31,095 nt of DNA from Calditrichia bacterium (GCA_037381445.1 JARRQT010000058.1:1-31095); one strand, 5' to 3'. Shown: positions 8,372 to 18,312, counted from the first letter of the stretch. Numbers and translations: made by a program. The notes: generated from the letters alone by a model not told the origin.

Positions 8372-11314
8372 CTGAACTCAAGATTATATTTACTGATCTG
8401 TTTTGCATTGCTCCTGTCTGAAGCCAGTGTGTATGCCTACTTCCAGCAGGAGGTAAATTATGATATCCGGGTAACATTATTGCCGGAATTAAACCGTCTG
8501 GAAGGAGAGGAGCATCTGGTTTATCATAATAATTCCCCCGATTCACTTTCTTTTATCTACTTTCACCTGTATATCAATCGCTTTCGCAAGCCAGACATTG
8601 ACATTCCCGGCCGGAATAAGCAGGGCTACACAGAGATCATTTCATTAAAAGATTCTGCGGGGACAGAAATGACTTATGAAATTGATCAAACAGTTCTGAA
8701 ACTGGAATTAAAGCATTTTATCGCGCCGGGGGATTCACAGGAGTTTCATATCCGATTTAACACGCTGCTCCCGCCCGCGGGGGACCGGTTTGGTTATTAC
8801 GGGAACCATTACGACGTGGGAAACTGGTATCCGGTACCGGCGGTGTATGATGAAATGGGCTGGCATCCCGATCAGCATGTTAACGGCGAATTTTACCAGG
8901 AATGGGGAAATTACCGGGTGGGCATTACCGTGCCCGACGGTTATGTGGTGGGAGCCACCGGGATTCTGCTCAATCCGGAAGTTATGCCGGATTCGGTGGA
9001 ATTCGCCGATCGCCGCAGGGATTACTGGACCCTTCCCGCTGAACCGGTTGTTTACCGGTTTTACGCTTCCCGCGTTCACGATTTCGCCTGGTCCGCCGAT
9101 CCTGAATTCGTTCTGCGGACGATCAAATCGGGTGACACCACCATCAGGTTTTTCATCCTCCCCTACCGGATACAGGACTGGATGCCACAATTGGAGATCG
9201 CAAAGAAGGTAGTCGATCTTTTTAGGGAAAAAATTGGTCCCTACCCCTATCCGCAACTGACAGTCGTTGATGGATTTATTCAGGCAGGAGGGATTGAGTA
9301 TCCCAATCTGGTGATCATCAATGATATGATTTACAATGAACGGGACCTGAGCGCCACAATCATTCATGAAATCGCGCATCAGTGGTTTTACGGTCTTCTG
9401 GCGAATAACCAGACCCGCTACGGGTGGATGGACGAGGGATTTGCCACTTATTTCGAAAATTTGGGTATGGAACAGATCTATGGAGAGAAAAAAGATTACA
9501 TCAATTCTCCCGCCGGATTCTGGGGCAAATACCTGGGATATTGGGTCGATCCACGGCAGACGGACAGGTTAACCTATCTCTCCTACATCCGCAGCGGCAG
9601 GCAGGAACGGATTAATCTGAACTTCGACTGGTTCCAGTACGATCCTTATATTCCCTATTATCAGAAAATGAGTTTGGTAATTTCCCAACTGCAACTGGTT
9701 ATGGGCGATTCCCTCTTCTGGCAGGGAATCAGGGACTACTACAATCTCTGGCGTTTCCGACATCCCTACCCGCACAATTTATACCGGGTCTTCGAAAGTG
9801 CGGCCGATGAAAACCTGCAGTGGTTTTTTGAAGAATGGCTGAACACCACCTGGGAGTGCGATTACAGCGTTGAAAAATTTTCCGGCAGCCGGCAGTCTTA
9901 CGGGTCCGGCCGGTCCTACCGGAGCATGATTTTGTTCAGGCGAAATAAAGCGGTTGTGATGCCTCTGGATTTCCGGATCTACCTTTCCAACGGAGAGACG
10001 CTCGACTATCGGATTCCCGTCGCCGGTGGCAGCAACTTTGTTCCCCCCAATGCCGCGGGAATTTCCCCCTGGAAATTTTACAAAAAATCCAAATGGATTA
10101 CACTGCGACTGCCCGCAAAATTGCAGGGTGTTGAGATCGACCCCGGAGGCAGGCTAATGGACGTCAATCCCTTTAACAACGATACCCGCTTTTGGCCCAA
10201 AATTTATTGGTACTGGATGCACCGTCAGTATCTGCGTCCCCATACGGACGGCTACACCGCGACCGTTTTCCCCTTCCTGTTTTTCAATGACGCGGATGGT
10301 GTTCAAATCGGAATAAAGACGGTCGGGAATTTTATTTATCCCGATTGCCAGCACCGCTCCTCATTGCTGCTGGGGTTACGCTCATTCAGGCCGGAGGCAG
10401 ACTTCTGGTTCGAGCATCCGATTTACGCGGTGAATCCCAACCTACACCTGATTGCCAATCTTTATAATATAGCCGGAAGAAACGGTGGCGGGAGCTGGCT
10501 GCAATGGAGCCTGGCCTCCCACGGAAATGTTTCGAAGGTGCTGTTGGGATGGCAATTCCGGCACATCTATGATGAACAGTATCTGCCTCTGGTCGAAACA
10601 GGCAAAAACCTGAGTTATCTGGAGGCAAACGTTCAACTGGGCAATTGGGACGGCAATTTCTTTCCCAAAGGCTGGGAAGTCAACTTGCATGGTGAGAATT
10701 CATTGACCGCCGGGCAATACAAATACCGGAAATGGACCCTGGAAACCTCTGCCCGGATTCCGCTGATTTTCAGGCAGAGACTCTTTGCCCGGTTTTTTAC
10801 CGGTGGGATATACGGCCAGCCGCCCCTTCAAAAGGCATTCCGCCTGGGAGGCGCCGATGCCTATGATTATTTCAGAAATCCGTTCCTGCGCGCCAGGGGA
10901 ACCCTTCCGGTGGCGTGGCTGCGCGATAATCATCTGTTTCTGCCCGGCGGGGGGAATCTGCGCTCGCTGGCAGCGCAGCCCAAAACCGCAAATCCCTTTT
11001 TGATCAGCGGGAATCTGTCTCTCACGCTGGGAAATCCCCTTGATCTGGGAATACGATACATCCCATACCTGTCAGACATCATCTTTTCTGCGTTTACCGG
11101 ATGGGCAGCTTCCGGAGCTACTTGGGGAAGTTTCTCCCCTTATTTCGGGGAGGCCGGATTTACGATATCCATCACTCGTATTCCTTTTGCTTTTCATTAC
11201 TTTGGTATCGATCAGATTCATATCGATCTGCCGCTCTGGGCAAATGAACAGGTGGAACCAGACGGTTTTAAATTTCGTTGGGCATTAAGAATTGATATTA
11301 AGGACTTTTATTGA
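8372..11314 (+). CDS. M1 family zinc aminopeptidase with a C-terminal beta-rich (probable outer-membrane barrel) domain
   Basis: GGIEYP exopeptidase motif and HEIAH-x18-E zinc motif. The ORF track starts at TTG 8408; an in-frame CTG at 8372 follows a GGGGGA SD and yields a complete signal peptide. Start position uncertain. Confidence 0.9.
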   Translation: MNSRLYLLICFALLLSEASVYAYFQQEVNYDIRVTLLPELNRLEGEEHLVYHNNSPDSLSFIYFHLYINRFRKPDIDIPGRNKQGYTEIISLKDSAGTEMTYEIDQTVLKLELKHFIAPGDSQEFHIRFNTLLPPAGDRFGYYGNHYDVGNWYPVPAVYDEMGWHPDQHVNGEFYQEWGNYRVGITVPDGYVVGATGILLNPEVMPDSVEFADRRRDYWTLPAEPVVYRFYASRVHDFAWSADPEFVLRTIKSGDTTIRFFILPYRIQDWMPQLEIAKKVVDLFREKIGPYPYPQLTVVDGFIQAGGIEYPNLVIINDMIYNERDLSATIIHEIAHQWFYGLLANNQTRYGWMDEGFATYFENLGMEQIYGEKKDYINSPAGFWGKYLGYWVDPRQTDRLTYLSYIRSGRQERINLNFDWFQYDPYIPYYQKMSLVISQLQLVMGDSLFWQGIRDYYNLWRFRHPYPHNLYRVFESAADENLQWFFEEWLNTTWECDYSVEKFSGSRQSYGSGRSYRSMILFRRNKAVVMPLDFRIYLSNGETLDYRIPVAGGSNFVPPNAAGISPWKFYKKSKWITLRLPAKLQGVEIDPGGRLMDVNPFNNDTRFWPKIYWYWMHRQYLRPHTDGYTATVFPFLFFNDADGVQIGIKTVGNFIYPDCQHRSSLLLGLRSFRPEADFWFEHPIYAVNPNLHLIANLYNIAGRNGGGSWLQWSLASHGNVSKVLLGWQFRHIYDEQYLPLVETGKNLSYLEANVQLGNWDGNFFPKGWEVNLHGENSLTAGQYKYRKWTLETSARIPLIFRQRLFARFFTGGIYGQPPLQKAFRLGGADAYDYFRNPFLRARGTLPVAWLRDNHLFLPGGGNLRSLAAQPKTANPFLISGNLSLTLGNPLDLGIRYIPYLSDIIFSAFTGWAASGATWGSFSPYFGEAGFTISITRIPFAFHYFGIDQIHIDLPLWANEQVEPDGFKFRWALRIDIKDFY

Positions 11315-11739
11315 TGAAATTGGTTTTGCTTTTGAAAAAGGATTTTACGCGCTATCAACTGCCTGCGCTGCTCTGGACATTGCTGATTTTTGCATTGTCT
11401 TCCATACCGAACCTGGCGGGGCCGGACCTGGGATTTCGCATGCAGGATAAATTCTATCATTTTACATTCTATGGCTTTTATGGCATTCTGTTGGCGCTGG
11501 CCTTTTACAATCAAAATAGATTTCCGGCGCTGCGCAGATACTTTCTGGTCTTCACCATTCTATTTGGCATGATCTACGGTCTGAGTGATGAAATCCACCA
11601 GTATTTTGTACCCGGACGGCAGATGGATTTTTTCGATTTGCTGGCGGACAGCAGCGGCGTGGCTTTCGGAGCCGTCATTTTCCACCTGCGATATCACATA
11701 AAAAGGGTTATGAATTTTTCACAGATGATTTTGAGATAA
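11311..11739 (+). CDS. VanZ family protein
   Basis: LIFALSSIP, DKFYHF..YG, YGLSDEIHQYFVPGR..DFFDLLADSSG. Start overlaps the upstream stop codon. Confidence 0.9.
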   Translation: MMKLVLLLKKDFTRYQLPALLWTLLIFALSSIPNLAGPDLGFRMQDKFYHFTFYGFYGILLALAFYNQNRFPALRRYFLVFTILFGMIYGLSDEIHQYFVPGRQMDFFDLLADSSGVAFGAVIFHLRYHIKRVMNFSQMILR

Positions 11740-11962
11740 AAAACCATTTAAATTCACTCAGCGGATCGATCTCAATTAACGTGCAGGATACTATAGACGG
11801 CACCACTCAATAGCAGCATTTCTGCGGAGTGCGAATGAACAGCATTTCAGGAAAAAATCTTTTGTAATGTTCTGCGCAAGTTAATTTTATATTTTTGTTT
11901 CTTATCCTCTGGAAGGATATCTACAAAATGACCGAAGCTTGAATGAACAAAGGAGCATTATT

Positions 11963-13036
11963 ATGGCTGAAATAAGCATTGAACAAATCAGGCAATTATT
12001 GACAGAGATAAATTATCCGGGATTTAACCGTGATATCGTTTCTTTTGGGGTGCTGCAGGAAATTGACATCCGGGGTTCGCGGATCAATATAACCCTGAAG
12101 TTTACCACCAAAAGCGATGATACAAAAATTAGAATCAAAGATGATATTTTCAAACTGCTGACCGAGCGGTTGTCGGGATATGAAATTTCCGTAGTGGAAA
12201 CAAGTCCGGAATTGAAAGTAACCACCGGCAAGGCCCGCGATGCGCAGGATCCCTGGGCCGGTCATGCGCCGATTCCCGGAATAAAAAATATCATTGCCGT
12301 GGCTTCCGGAAAGGGAGGGGTGGGCAAATCCACGGTGAGCACCAACCTGGCCATTGCCCTTTCCCAGCAGGGGATTAAGGTTGGGTTGATGGACAGCGAT
12401 ATTTATGGTCCCAGCATTCCCATCATGATGGGTGTGGAAGGCCGTCCCATGGTGACGGAAGATCAGAAAATTCTGCCGATGGAAAAATTTGGCATCAAGA
12501 TGATGTCAATGGGATTTCTGGTGGACAGCGACTCTCCCCTTATCTGGCGGGGGCCGCTGGTCATGAAGGCGGTTGAGCAGTTTTTGCGGGATGTGGAATG
12601 GGGCGAACTGGATGTGCTGGTGATTGATCTCCCTCCCGGCACCGGCGATGCGCAACTGACCCTGGTCCAGAAAACGCCCCTGAGCGGCGCAGTAATCGTC
12701 ACCACGCCGCAGGAGGTGGCTCTGCTGGATGCCCGGAAAGGCCTGAAGATGTTCCAGAAGGTGGAAACCAAAGTCCTGGGAATCGTGGAAAACATGAGTT
12801 ATTATATCTGCCCCAAATGCGGTGACAAGTCTTTCATTTTTGGGCAGAACGGTGGTGTCAGATCGGCTGAACAACTGGGAGTCTCACTGCTCGGTCAGAT
12901 TCCTATCGAGCCGGAAGTGACGGAAGCCGGTGACCAGGGCGTCCCGATTGTTGCCCGAAATCCGGAGAGCGCTTCGGCCAAAGCTTTTCTTGAAATCGCG
13001 AAGAAAATTGCCGGCGATGAAGCGCTGATCATTTAA
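11963..13036 (+). CDS. apbC: Mrp/NBP35 family Fe-S cluster carrier ATPase (ApbC) with N-terminal DUF59-like domain
   Basis: ASGKGGVGKST deviant Walker A, DSDIYGPS, WRGP, DLPPGTGD, ENMSYYICPKC. ATG 11963 follows an AGGAG SD (ORF track starts at TTG 11939). Confidence 0.95.
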   Translation: MAEISIEQIRQLLTEINYPGFNRDIVSFGVLQEIDIRGSRINITLKFTTKSDDTKIRIKDDIFKLLTERLSGYEISVVETSPELKVTTGKARDAQDPWAGHAPIPGIKNIIAVASGKGGVGKSTVSTNLAIALSQQGIKVGLMDSDIYGPSIPIMMGVEGRPMVTEDQKILPMEKFGIKMMSMGFLVDSDSPLIWRGPLVMKAVEQFLRDVEWGELDVLVIDLPPGTGDAQLTLVQKTPLSGAVIVTTPQEVALLDARKGLKMFQKVETKVLGIVENMSYYICPKCGDKSFIFGQNGGVRSAEQLGVSLLGQIPIEPEVTEAGDQGVPIVARNPESASAKAFLEIAKKIAGDEALII

Positions 13037-13065
13037 AAAACAGACAGATAATATATCCGTTTGAG

Positions 13066-13094
13066 GGGGAATTCTGAGGGATTCCCCTTTTTTT
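13066..13094 (+). terminator. Rho-independent terminator of apbC
   Basis: Stem GGGGAATTC / GGATTCCCC with a TGAG loop, followed by T7. Confidence 0.85.
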
Positions 13095-13121
13095 ATTTGA
13101 ATGTTATCGGGTGGATTATAT

Positions 13122-13172
13122 AAAAAAAGAAACCGCACGCTAGGTAGGCTTTGTTTTGCATGCGGTTTCTTT
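13122..13172 (-). terminator. Rho-independent terminator of rpsT
   Basis: Minus strand reads AAGAAACCGCATGC..GCGTGCGGTTTC followed by T7. Confidence 0.8.
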
Positions 13173-13196
13173 CGGGTTGAGGAGGGAAATCAATGT

Positions 13197-13451
13197 TTAT
13201 GCCAAAGAATTGACATGTCTCATTAGACGCGATTTTTTGTTCGCAGCTAAATTTCTATGAATGATTCCCTTCGTCACTAATTTATCCAGCAAAGATGATG
13301 CTTTCTTAAAATTCTCAAATGCATTCTCTTTTGTCTCTGAATTCAATACTTCTTTGATCGACGTTCTCATGGTTGAACGATAAAAACGGTTTCTTTCGCG
13401 ATTCCGCTCCGCAATTTCAATCCTTTTAATGGCAGATTTATGATGAGCCAT
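13197..13451 (-). CDS. rpsT: 30S ribosomal protein S20
   Basis: MAHHKSAIKR..N...RSTMRT.IK...LDK...KGIIHRN.AA..KSRL, 84 aa. Confidence 0.98.
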   Translation of the reverse strand: MAHHKSAIKRIEIAERNRERNRFYRSTMRTSIKEVLNSETKENAFENFKKASSLLDKLVTKGIIHRNLAANKKSRLMRHVNSLA

Positions 13452-13488
13452 AAGAATTAACTTCCTTTCTCTTTAATAAACTCTGTAA

Positions 13489-13517
13489 AATTTAATAAAA
13501 CAGAAATATTCTGTCAA
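13489..13517 (-). promoter_or_regulatory. Sigma70-type promoter of rpsT
   Basis: TTGACA-17 nt-TAAATT on the minus strand. Confidence 0.75.
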
Positions 13518-13577
13518 TTAAAAAATCATCCAAATACACTTTTTATAGCGGAGAAAAGCCGGCAGCTTTTCTCTTTG

Positions 13578-13649
13578 TACCCCCGGCAGGAATCGAACCT
13601 GCGCGCATGGCTCCGGAGGCCATCGCTCTATCCACTGAGCTACGGGGGC
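13578..13649 (-). tRNA. tRNA-Arg (anticodon CCG)
   Basis: Minus strand reads GCCCCCG TA GCTC AGTGGATA GAGC G ATGGC CTCCGGA GCCAT GCGC GCAGG TTCGATT CCTGC CGGGGGT A, a full cloverleaf. CCA is not encoded. Confidence 0.97.
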
Positions 13650-13665
13650 AACTTCGGACGGTGCG

Positions 13666-13694
13666 AATTTATAAAAGAAATCCAGTGAAATCAA
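13666..13694 (-). promoter_or_regulatory. Sigma70-type promoter of tRNA-Arg
   Basis: TTGATT-17 nt-TAAATT on the minus strand, 16 nt upstream of the mature tRNA 5' end. Confidence 0.65.
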
Positions 13695-13901
13695 ATAAAA
13701 AGAATATAAGGAATCGATTGCCATGCAGAAAAAAACATGTCGAAATCCTTGTCTCTTCTCTTTGTTTTTGATTCATGCTGCCTTATCTGAAAATCCCATT
13801 TTATTTATTGTTTGCAGTTTTTGCAAAAATGATTAAAATTATATCTTTTTAATTTACAGACTTGAAAAGATCATTTCGTTTTGGAAGGAGAAAGAATATA
13901 C

Positions 13902-15677
13902 ATGCGCGGCCTGATTTTAATCATTTTTATCAGCTTTTTCATCTCCGGATTGTCATGGGCGTCCAAGGATTGGCAAACCTATTATGAGAAATCGGATTTT
14001 AAGAAAACTCCCCGCTATGCGGAAACGATGGATTATTGTCGGAGACTGGATTATGCCTCCAAATGGGTCAAACTGACCTCCTTTGGCAAATCGCCGCAGG
14101 GCAGGGAACTGCCCCTGCTGATCATCGACAAGCACGGGAATTTTGCGCCGGAGAAGGTCCGCAAATCCGGAAATGTGATTGTTCTGGTCCAGGCGGCGAT
14201 TCATGCCGGAGAGAGCGACGGGAAAGATGCCGGTCTGATGCTGGTGCGTGATATGGTGATCAGCAAAAAATTGGATCGCCTGCTGGATAAAGTCACCTTC
14301 CTCTTCATCCCTATTTTCAATGTGGACGGGCATGAGCGGTTCGGTCCCTATAACCGCATCAATCAAAACGGCCCGGAAGAGATGGGCTGGCGGGTGACTG
14401 CGCAAAATCTGAATCTCAATCGGGACTATCTGAAAGCGGATGCCCCTGAAATGCAGGCCTGGTTGAAAATGTTTGACAATTGGCTGCCCGATCTGATGGT
14501 TGATTGTCATGTGACGGATGGTGCGGATTATCAGTATGCCATTACCTACGGGCTTGAGGATTCGCAGAACGTCGCTGGCCCCTTAAGGGAATTCAGTGAC
14601 GATTTTCTGGAGCCATATCTGGATCAGAAGATGGCAGCGGACAACTTCCCCATGTTCCCTTATATTATGTTCAAAAACTGGAATGATATCCGCAGCGGTT
14701 TGGTCAGCGGTGCCGCTTCACCCCGGTATTCTACCGGCTATGGCGCGGTGCAGAACCGGATTTTTTATCTGATCGAGACCCACATGCTGAAGGATTACCG
14801 CACACGGGTCACAGCCACCGAACATCTGCTCATCCACATGCTGGAACTGGCCAACCAGGATGCCGGAAAACTGAAAGAAGTCAATAGAATGGCGGATGAG
14901 CAAACCGCCAAATCGCTGACCGGCCGCTACCTGCCGCTGGTACTCAAAACGTCCATGAAAGATAGCACCTTCATCAATTTTCTGGGCGTAAAATATGACC
15001 GCATTCCCAGTGAAATTTCCGGGGCCGATTGGGTCATCTATCATGCGGATCAGCCGAAGACTTATCGGATGCCGCTTTTTAACAAAGTGGAAGTCTCCGA
15101 TTCGGTCAAAGTGCCCTACGCCTATCTGATTCCCGCCGAATGGACATTTGCCATTGAAAAATTGCAGTTAAACGGGGTTAAGATTCGATACTTGGCAAAT
15201 GACACTACGCTCTCTGTCTCCTCCTACCGATTCAGCAATCCCCAGTGGCAGGAGAAACCCTTCGAGGGGCATCACCGGGTCAGTTTTCAGATGGATACCG
15301 TTTCAGAACGAAGGGCGTACCCGGCGGGAACGGCTGTTATCTTTTTAAATCAGCGCACAAATCGGGTGATCGTTAACGCGCTGGAACCAAAGGGTCCTGA
15401 CTCTTTCATCTCTTGGGGATTCTGGGATACGATTTTTGAGAGAAAGGAATATTCCGAGGGTTATGTGCTGGAGAAACTGGCCCGCAAAATGCTGGCGGAG
15501 GACCCAGCCCTAATGGAAGAATTTGAGGAGAAAGTCGCCACTGATTCATCTTTTGCTGCGAGTTCGCGGGAAAGGCTCAATTTTTTCTATGAAAGATCGC
15601 CTTACTGGGATAAACAAATAAATCTCTATCCGGTAGGGAAACTAATGCACCCGGTATCGCTGCGTCTAAAGAATTGA
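13902..15677 (+). CDS. Secreted M14 family zinc carboxypeptidase
   Basis: Signal peptide, IHAGE (HxxE), PIFNVDG, NLNRD, DCH third ligand. ATG 13902 follows GGAG (ORF track starts at TTG 13881). Confidence 0.92.
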   Translation: MRGLILIIFISFFISGLSWASKDWQTYYEKSDFKKTPRYAETMDYCRRLDYASKWVKLTSFGKSPQGRELPLLIIDKHGNFAPEKVRKSGNVIVLVQAAIHAGESDGKDAGLMLVRDMVISKKLDRLLDKVTFLFIPIFNVDGHERFGPYNRINQNGPEEMGWRVTAQNLNLNRDYLKADAPEMQAWLKMFDNWLPDLMVDCHVTDGADYQYAITYGLEDSQNVAGPLREFSDDFLEPYLDQKMAADNFPMFPYIMFKNWNDIRSGLVSGAASPRYSTGYGAVQNRIFYLIETHMLKDYRTRVTATEHLLIHMLELANQDAGKLKEVNRMADEQTAKSLTGRYLPLVLKTSMKDSTFINFLGVKYDRIPSEISGADWVIYHADQPKTYRMPLFNKVEVSDSVKVPYAYLIPAEWTFAIEKLQLNGVKIRYLANDTTLSVSSYRFSNPQWQEKPFEGHHRVSFQMDTVSERRAYPAGTAVIFLNQRTNRVIVNALEPKGPDSFISWGFWDTIFERKEYSEGYVLEKLARKMLAEDPALMEEFEEKVATDSSFAASSRERLNFFYERSPYWDKQINLYPVGKLMHPVSLRLKN

Positions 15678-15717
15678 GCAGCAAGGGCGACCAACAAATA
15701 TTTACTGGGACGGCGAT

Positions 15718-16920
15718 ATGAAACAAAGCAAAAATCGATTCTATAATGATTTTGATTATGAAACCATGGAAACCGGCTCGGCCCTGGATTACCGCAGTGC
15801 GTTTCAGCGGGACCGGGACCGGATTATTCACAGTTCTGCTTTCCGGCGGCTTCAGGCCAAAACGCAGGTTTTTCTCTCCGGGGAATACGATTTTTATCGT
15901 ACCCGCTTAACACATTCCATCGAGGTGGCGCAGATCGGCCGCTCAATCTGCAACTTCCTCCGGCACCACAGTCCGCTGCTCGCCGATGATTTTTATATCG
16001 ATGCCGATCTTGTGGAGGCGGTATGTTTGACCCACGATCTGGGACACGCCCCTTTCGGCCATGCTGGTGAAAGCACGCTCAACCGCCTGATGAGGGATTA
16101 CGGAGGATTTGAGGGGAATGCCCAGACCTTGCGTATTCTCACTGAAATACTTTATTCGGATGGGGGAAAAAGAAAAGGGATGAATCCCACCCGCGCCTTG
16201 ATGGATGGGGTACTGAAGTATAAGACTCTGTTTTCAGAGTTGGAAAATCCCCACAATCACTTTCTTTATAATGAGCAGAAAACCTATCTTGATTTTGTGC
16301 TGGCGGGAAGGGAATTCCCGCAGGAATTGGCCCCGGGCAAAAAAAGGAATTCCTTTCGCAGCGTTGAGTGCCAGATCATGGATTGGGCTGATGATACTGC
16401 CTATTCATTAAATGATGTTGTCGATGGAATTAACGCCGGATTTATCAGCCGGGAGAAATTAGAGGGATGGGCTGGCAAACAGGAGTTAAATGCATTTGAG
16501 TCCGATCATCTGGAAAATCTGCTGAAAGTCATAAAGGATGATATCGTAGAGCGGACTTTCGCCCGCAGGATCGGCAAATTCATCCGATCATGCGAGCTGC
16601 AGGAAGACAGCAATTTTATGAGCGATTTGACCAACCGGTACCGCTTCGGTCTGAAAGTTGATCCAACGGTTGAGGCAGAAGCTTCTTTCTATAAACGATT
16701 GTCCACGGACCTGGTATTTCGATCCCCTCAGCTCCACCAGTTGGAATATAAATGGGATTTTATTCTGGAAAAAATTTTTGAAGTCCTCAAAGTGAAAGAT
16801 CCAAACGACCGGGCGCGCATGATTTGTGATCAGCTCTCCGGCATGACAGACGGATTTGCAATTCGAACGTATAAGCGGCTTTTTGATCCTGATTTTGGAT
16901 CGATAGTAGATTTAGTCTGA
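15718..16920 (+). CDS. dgt: Deoxyguanosinetriphosphate triphosphohydrolase (HD-domain dNTPase)
   Basis: RDRDRIIHSSAFRRLQAKTQV, RTRLTHSIEV, HDLGHAPFGHAGE, FEGNAQTLR, WADD, GMTD. Confidence 0.95.
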   Translation: MKQSKNRFYNDFDYETMETGSALDYRSAFQRDRDRIIHSSAFRRLQAKTQVFLSGEYDFYRTRLTHSIEVAQIGRSICNFLRHHSPLLADDFYIDADLVEAVCLTHDLGHAPFGHAGESTLNRLMRDYGGFEGNAQTLRILTEILYSDGGKRKGMNPTRALMDGVLKYKTLFSELENPHNHFLYNEQKTYLDFVLAGREFPQELAPGKKRNSFRSVECQIMDWADDTAYSLNDVVDGINAGFISREKLEGWAGKQELNAFESDHLENLLKVIKDDIVERTFARRIGKFIRSCELQEDSNFMSDLTNRYRFGLKVDPTVEAEASFYKRLSTDLVFRSPQLHQLEYKWDFILEKIFEVLKVKDPNDRARMICDQLSGMTDGFAIRTYKRLFDPDFGSIVDLV

Positions 16921-17304
16921 TTTTCTGCATGAACCAAATGCAGGGCTTAAAATTCCGCAAAAATATGCAGTTTCAAATCAAAACAGAATCCGGGTGGCTC
17001 GACTAAACATATTTTTTTCAATAATTTGAAATTAATTTTGTGTGATACTCATCAAATAGTACTATCCTATGATATTTAGATTTACATTGTGTTGGTGTGA
17101 AGTATTACTTATTAAATCAGGGATGATTACCGTGATTATGACTTCTCCGTTTTTCTCCATACCTTTTATAAGAACCTTAGCGAATCGTCTTTCCTCTATT
17201 TTTAAAATTTTTTATTTGAATTTTTGCAGTTTTTATTCGAACGGCGGTGAATGTCATATGGCATCTAATAATGCTGATAACTTTAACATAAAATAACAAA
17301 TAAA

Positions 17305-18312
17305 ATGTACCTTGACTATTTTGGCGTAAAAGAAGAACCTTTTAATCTCACCTCAAATCCTGATTATTTCTTCCTGAGTGGCGAACACAAGGAGGCGTTG
17401 GCCCGAATTGAGGCTGGTTTTGAGATGGAAAAAGGATTGATGCTTCTCACCGGTGAAGCGGGAGTTGGGAAGACTACCCTCATCAACGCCTATTTGCATG
17501 AGAGTCGCCCTACCCAGCATATCGCATTCATATCCAATATAGAATTGGCAAACAAGAACCTGCTGGAGAATATCTGCCGGCATTTTGAACTCGATATAAA
17601 ATATGATGAGACATCCCGGGAAAGTCTGATTAATCTTTTATACAAGTTTGTTTTGGAGGAATCCTTTACCGGGAAAAAGGTGGGCGTTATCATCGATGAT
17701 GCTCACAAGTTGACAAATGAGCAGCTGGAAGATTTGCAGATTTTGAGCAACATGGAAACAAACACCAGAAAATTGTTTCAAATCCTGCTGGTCGGCTTAC
17801 CAAAGTTGGGAGAACTGCTGGAATCCCAGAATTATATTTCATTAAAACAACATATTCAAATGCATTTTCAGCTTCGTTCCATGAGTTATTCGGATACTCA
17901 AAATTACATCTTTTACAGGCTTGCCCTGGCGGGTTATACGAATAAAGATATTTTTACTTCTGACGCGATTCAAAAAGTTTTTCGCCTCTCCAAAGGAAAT
18001 CCCAGAATGATTAATGTCATTTGCTCCAATGCTTTGCTGGCGGCTTTTTGTGCAAATAAACGCAAAGTAGATCACTACATGATTGAATTTGGCATGCAGG
18101 AAATTTTGGGACAATCCTCCACTGAAGAAGCTCTTCCGCCCAACTGTTATTTGAATGAAAAATTCCCGCCGCCATTTAAAAACCAAGCGATACAAATGTT
18201 AAAAAGCCCTCCCTGGTATTTTTGGGTATTGCTGGTTCTGTGGCTGATTTTGGCTCAATTTGGGATAACGATTCTTGTTCAATATTTGATCAAGCACTGG
18301 GGCATTTTCTGA
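17305..18312 (+). CDS. ExeA/GspA-like AAA ATPase with a C-terminal TM helix
   Basis: MYLDYFG..EEPF...P, H.EAL, Walker A GEAGVGKTT, Walker B IIDDAH, LVGLPKL, GNPRMIN.IC..AL, hydrophobic C-terminus. Confidence 0.9.
   Translation: MYLDYFGVKEEPFNLTSNPDYFFLSGEHKEALARIEAGFEMEKGLMLLTGEAGVGKTTLINAYLHESRPTQHIAFISNIELANKNLLENICRHFELDIKYDETSRESLINLLYKFVLEESFTGKKVGVIIDDAHKLTNEQLEDLQILSNMETNTRKLFQILLVGLPKLGELLESQNYISLKQHIQMHFQLRSMSYSDTQNYIFYRLALAGYTNKDIFTSDAIQKVFRLSKGNPRMINVICSNALLAAFCANKRKVDHYMIEFGMQEILGQSSTEEALPPNCYLNEKFPPPFKNQAIQMLKSPPWYFWVLLVLWLILAQFGITILVQYLIKHWGIF

Noticed and set aside
11752..11836. Imperfect long stem ATTCACTCAGCGGA..TCTGCGGAGTGCGAAT between vanZ and apbC
   Set aside because: Several bulges, weak inner structure and no recognisable RNA family; plausible by chance.
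13578..13649. tRNA as a genomic-island attachment site
   Set aside because: No integrase, the 3' neighbour is rpsT, and the only echo of its 3' end (TGCCGGGGG near 26387) is 9 nt in the wrong orientation.
13518..13724. 68 aa minus-strand ORF
   Set aside because: It is a translation through the tRNA-Arg gene and its promoter.
15718..16920. dGTPase as an anti-phage defence gene
   Set aside because: Housekeeping context with no neighbouring defence or mobile genes. It cannot be excluded without phylogeny, but nothing here supports it.
17069..17296. 75 aa ORF upstream of the ExeA-like gene
   Set aside because: AT-rich low-complexity translation with no SD and no motif; more likely regulatory DNA.
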